DNA from: Gordonia jinhuaensis
Lineage (GTDB): Bacteria > Actinomycetota > Actinomycetes > Mycobacteriales > Mycobacteriaceae
Assembly (NCBI RefSeq): GCF_014639795.1
Contig: NZ_BMGC01000014.1
Span: 26,215-50,214, forward strand
Direction of reading: 5' to 3'
Length of the DNA stretch: 24,000 nucleotides
The notes beneath the pieces were generated by a model. That model was not told where the DNA came from. It did not search any database and was given only the letters and a program-made list of their open reading frames with translations. A program made the position numbers and the translations under genes. This document shows positions 14,654 through 22,737 of this stretch, one piece after another (within the stretch, counting starts at the first letter, position 1; each line of letters begins with the position of its first letter).

Positions 14654-15921
14654 CGCGTACCCACCTCTCCCTGCAGGTTCGGATCCGGGTTACCCGGGAC
14701 TGTTCCGGGCACGCCGGGCTTCTGGTTGTTCTGGTAGTTGCTGCCGATGCCGAAGGGCAGGTTCAGCGACGGGATGTCGACCCCGTTATTGATCTGCTTG
14801 GCCACCCCGGCGCACTGGTCGAGGATCGGTCGCAGCGTCTTGGAGAACTGCGCGAAGGCGGGGTCGCCCGGCTTGAGCCTGCCCAGGTCGAGCAGGTTGC
14901 AGGTGGCGCCGGGGAGATCCTGCAGATCCGGGATGTTCACCCGCATCGCGAGGGTGCCCGACTCCGCGTCGTAGGCGTTGATGAGGTTGTTCACCACCAG
15001 CGGCAGTTGGGTGAGGATCTCCTTCTGGTACGACTTCGTGTCGGCCAGCGTCTGCGCGGTCGGGATCAGTTCCTTCACCCGATCGCCCAGCGCCTCGCGG
15101 TTGTCCTGCACGAAGGTGGCCACATCACCGAGCGCCACCGACAGGCGATTGAGCGCGGTGCCCAGGTCTTGGCGTTCGGAGGCCAGGAAGCTGTTGAAGG
15201 AGGCCATCTGGGTGTTGAACTGACGTACCTGCGCATCGTTACGTGCGAGCATCCCGACGAAGACGTTGAGGTTCTTGACGGTGTCGACGATGTTTCCGCG
15301 CGATTCACTGAGGGTGTTGGCGGCCTTGGTGAGCTGTTCGATCGTGGTGCCCAGCGCCTCGCCGTTGCCGGACAGGTTCTTGGCACCGGTGCTCACCAGA
15401 TCCGACAGAGCCCCGTCGGAGTTGGCACCCTGCGGACCGAGTGCGGTCGAGAGCTTGTCGACGCTGGCGTAGAGCTCGTCGACCTCGACCGGGATCATCG
15501 TCTGGTCGAGCTGCAGGGTGATGTTCTTGGGCGCCACCGGCTGTCCCGGCTGCCATACCGGGGTCAGCTGGATGTAGCGGTCGGCCACGATCGACGGCGT
15601 GACCTGCACGGCCCGCACGTCGGCGGGCAGCTTGATGTCGTTGGCCACGTTCATCTTCACCCGCACTCGGTCACCCTGCGGGGTGACCTCGTCGACCGAA
15701 CCGACCTTCACACCCATCAGCCGGACGTCGGATCCCTCGTAGATTCCGATGCCGCGCTGGAAGTAGGCGGTGATGTGGGTGCGGTTCATCGCGGTGAACA
15801 CCCACCACAGCACGCCCGCCGCAATCAGCGCGACGATCAGCGTGATCACCAGGACGACGATGTGGCGCGGGGTGAACCAGCGGCCGGGTCCGGCGACGGC
15901 ACCCGATTCGGTCCTTCTCAT
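14650..15921 (-). CDS. mceD: Mce-family substrate-binding protein MceD
   Basis: 423 aa. TM anchor ([22 protein letters not shown]) and Mce domain ([30 protein letters not shown]). ATGA overlap with mceC. Confidence 0.9.
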   Translation of the reverse strand: MRRTESGAVAGPGRWFTPRHIVVLVITLIVALIAAGVLWWVFTAMNRTHITAYFQRGIGIYEGSDVRLMGVKVGSVDEVTPQGDRVRVKMNVANDIKLPADVRAVQVTPSIVADRYIQLTPVWQPGQPVAPKNITLQLDQTMIPVEVDELYASVDKLSTALGPQGANSDGALSDLVSTGAKNLSGNGEALGTTIEQLTKAANTLSESRGNIVDTVKNLNVFVGMLARNDAQVRQFNTQMASFNSFLASERQDLGTALNRLSVALGDVATFVQDNREALGDRVKELIPTAQTLADTKSYQKEILTQLPLVVNNLINAYDAESGTLAMRVNIPDLQDLPGATCNLLDLGRLKPGDPAFAQFSKTLRPILDQCAGVAKQINNGVDIPSLNLPFGIGSNYQNNQKPGVPGTVPGNPDPNLQGEVGTR

Positions 15922-16949
15922 CCGGCAGTCGCCTCCGTTCCGCCGTTATTGAGCAACTTCGTCTTCACCGGCGGGCGCGTGGTGTTCTGCTGTGGCAGTG
16001 CCGGCGGGAGGATGTTGGTGACCACCGACTCGAACCAGCGCCCGTTGCCGAGCACGTTGGAGTAGAGCCGGTAGAACGGCGCCATGTAGGTGATCGACTG
16101 TTTGAGGTTGTTGTTCTGCCGTTGCAGCAGAGCGGTGACCTGCTTGAGGGAGTCCAGCGTCGGCCCGATCTGCGCCTGGTTGTCGGCGACGATCCCCGAG
16201 AGCTGATTCGACAGCGTGATGGTGGAGTCGAGCAGCCGCGAGATGGCCTGCTGGCGCGTGTTGAGCTCGGCCAACAGATCCCCCGCCCCGGCGATCAGCT
16301 TCTGGAACTCCTGGTTGCGGTCGGCGAGGATCTTCGAGGTGTCCTTGGTGGCCTCGAGCAGCTTCTGCACCTGCTGGTCGCGGCTGGCGATGGTCTCCGA
16401 GAGCCGGGTCAGGCCGTCGAGTGCCGGTGCCACCGACTGCGGGGTGTCGGAGAATGCCTCCGAGAGCGCCTTGAAGCTGCCCGCGAGCTGATCGGTGTCG
16501 ATGTCCTGCACCTGGTTGGCCACGTCGGAGAACACCGCGATCACGTCGTAGGGCGAGGTGGTGCGGGTGATCACGGTCGTGGGGTCGGCGAGCTTGTCGC
16601 CGGCCGGGTCGAGCGCCAGATACTTCTGTCCCAGCACGGTCTTGATCTGGATCGACGCCGAGGTCTGGTTGCCGATCCAGGTGTTGTTGACCCGGAACTT
16701 CACCGCGACACGGGTGTTGTTGCCGTTGAGCCCCACCGAGGAGACCTCGCCGACCTTCACACCGGCCACGCGGACCTCGCTGCCCGACTGCAGACCCGCC
16801 GCCTCGCTGAAGTCGGCGGTGTAGGTCACCCCGGCCCCGACGTAGGGCAGTTTGGCGAGGTAGAACGCCGACACCGTCACCATCAACAGGATCAGGATGC
16901 CCAGGAACCCGATCGTGACCGGGCTGCGCTGTGTACGTAGTGCTGCCAT
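15918..16949 (-). CDS. mceC: Mce-family substrate-binding protein MceC
   Basis: 343 aa. TM anchor ([21 protein letters not shown]) and Mce domain ([30 protein letters not shown]). The ATG at 16949 is preceded by GGGGAGG. Confidence 0.9.
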   Translation of the reverse strand: MAALRTQRSPVTIGFLGILILLMVTVSAFYLAKLPYVGAGVTYTADFSEAAGLQSGSEVRVAGVKVGEVSSVGLNGNNTRVAVKFRVNNTWIGNQTSASIQIKTVLGQKYLALDPAGDKLADPTTVITRTTSPYDVIAVFSDVANQVQDIDTDQLAGSFKALSEAFSDTPQSVAPALDGLTRLSETIASRDQQVQKLLEATKDTSKILADRNQEFQKLIAGAGDLLAELNTRQQAISRLLDSTITLSNQLSGIVADNQAQIGPTLDSLKQVTALLQRQNNNLKQSITYMAPFYRLYSNVLGNGRWFESVVTNILPPALPQQNTTRPPVKTKLLNNGGTEATAG

Positions 16950-16965
16950 TGCGTGCTACCTCCCC

Positions 16966-18036
16966 TCAGCCGTTCGGGTTTCCGTTGGCCCAGCACCGGG
17001 TGGCGGCGCTGGTGTACAGGACGTGATTGATGTTGGGCAGCGGGATCAGCGGCTGCGTGAGGAGGGTGGACTTGCCGTTGCCCGCCACGATGTCGATACC
17101 GCACAGATAGAACTGGAACCACGAGCCGAACGTCGCCGCACGGCCGATCTTCTGCAGCTTCACCGGCAGGTTGGTCAGCGTCTGCTCGATGTCCTTCTGA
17201 CGGGAGTTGATCACGCCCGAGAGCTGGTTGAGCGCCGAGATCGACCCCTGGATCGACGGCCGCACCGGCCCGAGAATCGATTGGGTGACCGTGGTCAGAT
17301 TCGACACCGACGTGATCGCCGATCCCACCGAATCGCGCTGCGCGGCCAGGCCGCTGATGAACTTGGAGGTGTTGTCGAGCAACGACGTGAACTGCTTGTC
17401 GTGGTCGTTGATCACCCCGAGGACCTTGGTCAGGTTGGTGATGAGCTCACCGATCACCTGATCCTTGTCGGCGATCGAGCTGGTCAGGCTCGCGGTGTCC
17501 GACAGCAGCTCCGACAACGACCCGCCCTCGCCCTGGAACACCTTGATGATCTCACTGGAGAGCTTGTTCACGTCGTCGGCCGAGAGCTGCTGGAAGAGCG
17601 GCTTGAAGCCGTTGAACAGTTCGTTGAGGTTCAGCGCCGGATGGGTCTGGGCCAGCGGGATCTCCGACCCGCTGTGCAACATCGCACCGGCGATCTGCGG
17701 ACCCTGCTGCAGCGACACGTAGCGGATGCCGGCGACGTTCTTGAAGCGGATGTAGGCCTGTACGCCGGCGGGCAGCGAGCTGCGGTTGAGGTTGAACGAC
17801 ACCTTGGCGAGATTGCGGTCGTAGACCTCCACGTCGGTGACCTGACCCACGCGCACACCGGCGATGCGCACGTCGTCGCCCTTGTCGAGCAGGGTCGCGT
17901 CGGAGAACACCGCGGTGTAGTCGTGGTCGCCGCCGGCGCCGGAGTTGGCGATGGACACCCCGAGCATCGCCGTGGCGAAGACGGTGACCACACCGAAGAT
18001 GACGAGTTTGATCAGTGGCGAGAGAACCTCTTTCAC
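16966..18036 (-). CDS. mceB: Mce-family substrate-binding protein MceB
   Basis: Mce domain present (YTAVFSDATLLDKGDDVRIAGVRVGQVTDV). The preferred start is GTG at 18036, which forms a GTGA overlap with the mceA stop and yields VKEVLSPLIKLVIFGVVTVF (TM directly after the start). The track start at 18090 would overlap mceA by 58 nt and add an acidic non-homologous extension. Confidence 0.85.
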   Translation of the reverse strand: MKEVLSPLIKLVIFGVVTVFATAMLGVSIANSGAGGDHDYTAVFSDATLLDKGDDVRIAGVRVGQVTDVEVYDRNLAKVSFNLNRSSLPAGVQAYIRFKNVAGIRYVSLQQGPQIAGAMLHSGSEIPLAQTHPALNLNELFNGFKPLFQQLSADDVNKLSSEIIKVFQGEGGSLSELLSDTASLTSSIADKDQVIGELITNLTKVLGVINDHDKQFTSLLDNTSKFISGLAAQRDSVGSAITSVSNLTTVTQSILGPVRPSIQGSISALNQLSGVINSRQKDIEQTLTNLPVKLQKIGRAATFGSWFQFYLCGIDIVAGNGKSTLLTQPLIPLPNINHVLYTSAATRCWANGNPNG

Positions 18037-19373
18037 TTGATCGTCACCTCCGCTCCGCTCATCGCCGGGGCCATCAACGTCCCGATCCAATCCGGTACCT
18101 GTCCGGGGTCCTCCCCCGCTTCCGTGGCCACGATCGCCTTCATCGCCAGCCGATTACGCGGGTCGCTGTAGACGCTCTGGCTGACCGTGCCCGCCGGGGT
18201 GGGCGAGAACTGCGGCGACTGCAGAGACGGCATGGTGCGCGGTCCCGGGTTGCGCGAAGGCGGCTGGTAGGAGCCGTCGTTGAGCGATCCACCCGGATAC
18301 TGCGGGAACGGGTGGCCGTTGGTCGGCGGCGAGTAGCAGGTGGGTGGCCGTTCGGTGTCGAATATCCGCGGCTCGTCCTGGTTGGGCAGATACCGTCCGC
18401 GCGGGTTCACGAACTGCAGGTTCACGTGCACACCCGGGTTCTTGGTCCCCGACCCGACGATGCGTGAGGCCTCGGGGACCAGGCCCGCGAAGTTCTTGAA
18501 CGTGCAGCCGAACGCCGGCGAGTACTTGGCCAGTGCGGTCAGCAGCGGTTCGGACTTGATCGTCAGATCCAGCAGATCGGTGCGGTTGGTCTGCAGGAAA
18601 CCGGTGGTCTCCACCGACGCCTTGGTCAGCGACGAGATGAGGTTGCGCAGGTCGTTCTGCTTGGCCACCAGCGTGTTCGAGGTGGTGCGCAGGGTGTCGA
18701 GTGCGTCGATCACATCCGGCAACGCCGTCGAGTAGGTCTTGGAGAAGCTCGCCAGACCACGCAACGTGCCCTGCAGTGCGGGCATGTTCGCATTCACCCG
18801 GGAGAAGATCGTGTTCAGCTGATCGATCGTCACGCCGATCTTCTCGCCGTTGCCGTCGAGGGCCTGTGACAGCGCACCGAGGGTCACGTTGAGATCCTGC
18901 GGCGGGATCGCCTGCAGCACGGGCAGCAGCTCGTCGAACAGCTCCTGGATCTCGAGCGCGTTGCCCGAGGCGTCCTCACGGATCGTCGAACCGCTCGACA
19001 GGTGATCCGACCCGGTGCCCTCCTGGCCGGTGGGCACCTGCAACGCCACATAGCGCTCGCCGAACAGCGTCTTGGGCAGGATGCGCGCGGTGGTGTCGCG
19101 CGGCAGCAACGTGGCCTTGTCGGGGTCGAGTTTGAGCTGGACGGTGACCTGGCCGGTGTTCTCATCGGTGCTGATGGTGCCGACCTGACCGACGATCAGC
19201 CCTCTGGCCTTCACATCGGCCTTGGGCGGCAGCGAGTTACCTGCCGTGTCGGTCACGAGATCGACCTTGGTGTAGCTGGTGAACGTGTTGTTGAACTTCA
19301 GGATGGTGCCCGCGATGAACAGGGCCACCACGACGAAGAACAGCACGCCCAGCAGACGACGACGAACGACCAC
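18033..19373 (-). CDS. mceA: Mce-family substrate-binding protein MceA
   Basis: 446 aa with a GTG start at 19373, 6 nt after the yrbEB stop. TM anchor (LLGVLFFVVVALFIAGTIL), Mce domain (TKVDLVTDTAGNSLPPKADVKARGLIVGQVGTI) and a Pro-rich C-terminal region. Confidence 0.9.
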   Translation of the reverse strand: MVVRRRLLGVLFFVVVALFIAGTILKFNNTFTSYTKVDLVTDTAGNSLPPKADVKARGLIVGQVGTISTDENTGQVTVQLKLDPDKATLLPRDTTARILPKTLFGERYVALQVPTGQEGTGSDHLSSGSTIREDASGNALEIQELFDELLPVLQAIPPQDLNVTLGALSQALDGNGEKIGVTIDQLNTIFSRVNANMPALQGTLRGLASFSKTYSTALPDVIDALDTLRTTSNTLVAKQNDLRNLISSLTKASVETTGFLQTNRTDLLDLTIKSEPLLTALAKYSPAFGCTFKNFAGLVPEASRIVGSGTKNPGVHVNLQFVNPRGRYLPNQDEPRIFDTERPPTCYSPPTNGHPFPQYPGGSLNDGSYQPPSRNPGPRTMPSLQSPQFSPTPAGTVSQSVYSDPRNRLAMKAIVATEAGEDPGQVPDWIGTLMAPAMSGAEVTIK

Positions 19374-19379
19374 TGCCCG

Positions 19380-20240
19380 CTACCCCGCCACTCGCACGGT
19401 CGTGGTGGTCCCCCAGATCGCCAGACCGAGGAAGAAGTCGAGCACCGCGATGAGCACCAGCGCCGAGCGCACCGCACGACCCACGGCGACACCCACGCCG
19501 GCGGGACCGCCATGCGCGTTGTAGCCGTAGTAGCAGTGCACCAGGATGATCACGAAGGCGAATATCAGCACCTTGCCGAACGACCAGAGCACGTCTTGCG
19601 GTGGTAAGAACAGATTGAAGTAGTGGTCGTAGGAACCGGTCGATTGCCCGTTGAACACGGTGTTGATGGTTCTCGACGCGAAGTAGGCGGCCAGCAGACC
19701 GAGTACGTAGAGCGGGATGACGGCCACGAAACCGGCGATCACGCGGGTGGTCACCAGGAACGGCACCGACGGCACCGCCATCACCTCGAGCGCGTCGATC
19801 TCCTCGGAGATCCGCATGGCGCCGAGCTGGGCGGTGAAGCCGCATCCCACCGTCGCCGACAGCGCCAGCCCGGCGACCAGCGGCGCGACCTCACGGGTGT
19901 TGACGTAGGCCGACAGGAAGCCGGTGAGCGCCTGCGAACCGATCTGGTTGAGCGCCGAGTAGCCCTGCAGGCCCACCACGACGCCGGTGAACGCCGACAT
20001 CATGATCATGACGCCGACGGTGCCCGCGATCACCGCGAGGCCACCGGTGCCGAAGGCGACCTCGGCGAGCAGCCGCAACGTCTCTTTCGGGTAGTGCACC
20101 AGGGTGCGCGGGATCCAGGCGATCGCGCGCCCGTAGAACGACATCTGGTCGCCGGCGCCGTCGAGCACCTTCAGCGGCGCCTGCGCGGTCTTGCGTGCTC
20201 GGTAGGCCAACAGGTCCGAGCGGCTCTTTGCGATAGTCAT
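19380..20240 (-). CDS. yrbEB: Mce/MlaE-type ABC transporter permease YrbEB
   Basis: 286 aa polytopic membrane protein. Paralogous to the upstream permease and in the canonical second-permease position. The ATG at 20240 is preceded by GGTGG. Confidence 0.9.
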   Translation of the reverse strand: MTIAKSRSDLLAYRARKTAQAPLKVLDGAGDQMSFYGRAIAWIPRTLVHYPKETLRLLAEVAFGTGGLAVIAGTVGVMIMMSAFTGVVVGLQGYSALNQIGSQALTGFLSAYVNTREVAPLVAGLALSATVGCGFTAQLGAMRISEEIDALEVMAVPSVPFLVTTRVIAGFVAVIPLYVLGLLAAYFASRTINTVFNGQSTGSYDHYFNLFLPPQDVLWSFGKVLIFAFVIILVHCYYGYNAHGGPAGVGVAVGRAVRSALVLIAVLDFFLGLAIWGTTTTVRVAG

Positions 20241-20252
20241 CGTCGGGCCACC

Positions 20253-21059
20253 TCACGAACCCTTCGGCGGGACGATCTGCAGGTAGACCGCGGTCAGGAT
20301 CAGGTTGGCGAAGAACAGCAGCAGGAACGTGATGACCACGCTCTGGTTCACCGCATCGCCCACACCCTTGGGTCCGCTGCCCGGGTTGAGGCCCTTGTAG
20401 CAGGCCACCACGCCGGCCAGCACACCGAAGATGACGGCCTTGATCTCGGCGATCCACAGGTCGGGCAGCTGCGCGAGTGCGGAGAACGAGGCCAGGTAGG
20501 CGCCGGGGGTGCCCTGCTGGACGACCACGTTGAAGAAGTAGCCGCCGCCGATGCCGATCACCGACACCAGGCCGTTGAGCAGCACGGCGATGAGCACCAT
20601 CGCGAGCACACGCGGGACCACCAGACGCTGCACCGGGTTGATACCCAGCACCCGCATGGCGTCGATCTCCTCGCGGATGGTGCGCGCACCGAGGTCGGCG
20701 GCCACCGCAGAACCGGCGGCACCGGCGATCAGCAGCGACGTCACCAGCGGGGCACCCTGCTGGATCACCACCAGCACACTCGCTGCTCCGGTGAACGCCT
20801 CGGCGCCGAGCTGCTTGATCAGCGAACCGGTCTGCATCGACACGATCGCACCGAACGGGATGGCCACCAGCGCGGTCGGCAGAATCGTCACGCTCGCGAT
20901 GAACCAGGCCTGCTGGATGAACTCACGCCACTGGAAGGGGCGCACGAAAGTCTGGCGTGCCACATCGACGGCGAGCTGCACCATGTTGCCGGTCTCGGCG
21001 AATGCCGACGATCCTGCATGGGCGATCTTGTCGATGCCACGCGTGGTGGCTGTGCTCAT
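20253..21059 (-). CDS. yrbEA: Mce/MlaE-type ABC transporter permease YrbEA
   Basis: 268 aa polytopic membrane protein (RPFQWREFIQQAWFIASVTILPTALVAIPFG..., MlaE-like). First permease of the operon. Confidence 0.9.
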   Translation of the reverse strand: MSTATTRGIDKIAHAGSSAFAETGNMVQLAVDVARQTFVRPFQWREFIQQAWFIASVTILPTALVAIPFGAIVSMQTGSLIKQLGAEAFTGAASVLVVIQQGAPLVTSLLIAGAAGSAVAADLGARTIREEIDAMRVLGINPVQRLVVPRVLAMVLIAVLLNGLVSVIGIGGGYFFNVVVQQGTPGAYLASFSALAQLPDLWIAEIKAVIFGVLAGVVACYKGLNPGSGPKGVGDAVNQSVVITFLLLFFANLILTAVYLQIVPPKGS

Positions 21060-21107
21060 CGAGCGGCCCCCGACCGGCCGTTACCCACTGCCACGCTGCT
21101 CCTCACG

Positions 21108-21132
21108 ACGTCACGCTCATCGGCTGTGACGT
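21108..21132 (-). other. Small stem-loop in the mkl-yrbEA spacer
   Basis: ACGTCAC (21108-21114) and GTGACGT (21126-21132) form a 7-bp stem with an 11-nt loop, within the 92-nt gap between mkl and yrbEA. It could arise by chance. Confidence 0.25.
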
Positions 21133-21151
21133 TCTCTCCCCCGTGCAACTC

Positions 21152-22441
21152 CTACCGCCCTTGGGACTTCTCGCCGGATCGATCGTCCCCGGTGGCCCCG
21201 TCACCGTGGTGACGTCCGCCGGCTGACGTCTCGTCCGACGACGAGCCGTCCTGATAGGCCGGAAACTGTTCGGTCACCGCATCCGACGGGCTGTGCCCGT
21301 TGTCGACCGAGGTGAACTGGTCGGTCTGCCCGCTCGTGTCAGCTCCGGCGGGAGCGTTGAGATCGGCCTGCGTCTCGGCACCTGCCTCGGAGCGAGCGTG
21401 TGCACCCACCCCGGCCGGCACCTGAGCGGACTCGCCGCGGTTGCGCGCGGCGACCTCGTCTTCTTCGGCCATGCTGCGGCGGATGGCCTCCTGGGCCGAC
21501 TCCGGCAGCGACGGAAGCAATTCCTTGACCCGCTCGCGGTGACGTTTGATGGCCTTGCGCTCGGGCATCCCGGGATTGGGCTGCACCTGCGGCTGGATGA
21601 TCGAGAAGTCGTCCTTGGTGCCGCCGCCGGAGATTCCCGCGGCCTGCATCGCCGCCTCCTTGGCGGCCACGGCCTCGTCCTTCTCCTCGGACATGCCGAT
21701 CGGACCGAAACGATCACCGGAGAGGAACTGCTTGACCACCGGCTCATGGGAGGTGAGCAGCACCTCGCGCGGGCCGAACATCACCAGCTCCTTGCGGAAG
21801 AGCATGCCGATGTTGTCGGGGATCGTGCGGGCAATGTTGATGTTGTGCGTCACGATCAGGATCGTCGCGTCGATCTGGGCGTTGATGTCGATGAGCAGCT
21901 GCGAGATGTAGGCCGTACGAACGGGATCCAGACCCGAGTCCGGCTCGTCGCACAGGATGATCTCCGGGTCGAGGACCAGCGCGCGGGCCAGCCCGGCGCG
22001 TTTGCGCATACCGCCGGAGATCTCACCGGGCAGCTTGTCCTCGGCCCCGGTCAGACCCACCAGGTCGACCTTCTCCATCACGATGCGACGGATCTCGTCT
22101 TCCTTCTTACGGGTGTGCTCGCGCAACGGGAAGGCGATGTTGTCGTAGAGGCTCATCGAGCCGAACAGTGCACCGTCCTGGAAGAGCACACCGAAGAGTT
22201 TGCGGATCTCGTAGAGCTCCTTGGCCGAACACTGGGTGATGTCGGTGCCGTCGACGATCACCGACCCCTGGTCGGGCTGCAGCAGACCGATCAACGTCTT
22301 CAGGAAGACCGACTTACCGGTACCGGAGGGACCCAGAAGAGCATTCACTTCGCCCGACGGAAGAGTGAGCGTGACGTCACGCCAAATCGTTTGCGAGCCG
22401 AACGACTTGGTCAGATGTTCAACGCTTACCTCGACACCCAC
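21152..22441 (-). CDS. mkl: Mce transporter ATPase MceG (Mkl), ABC ATP-binding protein
   Basis: 429 aa. The GTG start at 22441 is preceded by GGAGG plus 7 nt. Walker A GPSGTGKS, signature ISGGMRKRAGLARA, Walker B IILCDEPDSGLD and H-loop IVTHN are present. The Mkl-type C-terminal segment GPIGMSEEKDEA...GMPERKA is present, followed by an extra acidic tail. Confidence 0.95.
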   Translation of the reverse strand: MGVEVSVEHLTKSFGSQTIWRDVTLTLPSGEVNALLGPSGTGKSVFLKTLIGLLQPDQGSVIVDGTDITQCSAKELYEIRKLFGVLFQDGALFGSMSLYDNIAFPLREHTRKKEDEIRRIVMEKVDLVGLTGAEDKLPGEISGGMRKRAGLARALVLDPEIILCDEPDSGLDPVRTAYISQLLIDINAQIDATILIVTHNINIARTIPDNIGMLFRKELVMFGPREVLLTSHEPVVKQFLSGDRFGPIGMSEEKDEAVAAKEAAMQAAGISGGGTKDDFSIIQPQVQPNPGMPERKAIKRHRERVKELLPSLPESAQEAIRRSMAEEDEVAARNRGESAQVPAGVGAHARSEAGAETQADLNAPAGADTSGQTDQFTSVDNGHSPSDAVTEQFPAYQDGSSSDETSAGGRHHGDGATGDDRSGEKSQGR

Positions 22442-22737
22442 CGACGAACCTCCGAACTCTGCCCCGAACGTGTGGCTGCGGTCACCCTAGCCTACGAGTA
22501 GTAGGCCCAGAACCGAACGCTGGCATTACGCGACGCGCCGTGGCGTCCTGCGGAGTACCCCCCAGACCGGACAAACCAGAAACGTCGCATCTCGTACTTA
22601 CTGACGGGTAACGATGCCACACGAGTCGCCAAGAGTGAAACCGATCATAGAAATCCATTCGGTGTATCGGACGCCACCTGCGGATACATGATGAAGACCG
22701 AGGAACCGTGTCGTGCGGACGACCGATAGGGGTGGGA
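22442..22737. promoter_or_regulatory. Divergent intergenic region (mce-operon promoter/leader and amidase promoter)
   Basis: 296-bp non-coding gap between divergently oriented mkl and amidase genes, visibly less GC-rich than its flanks. The best -10-like hexamer for the mce operon is TATGAT on the minus strand (22649-22644), with no good -35. No clear palindromic operator is recognisable. Confidence 0.4.
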
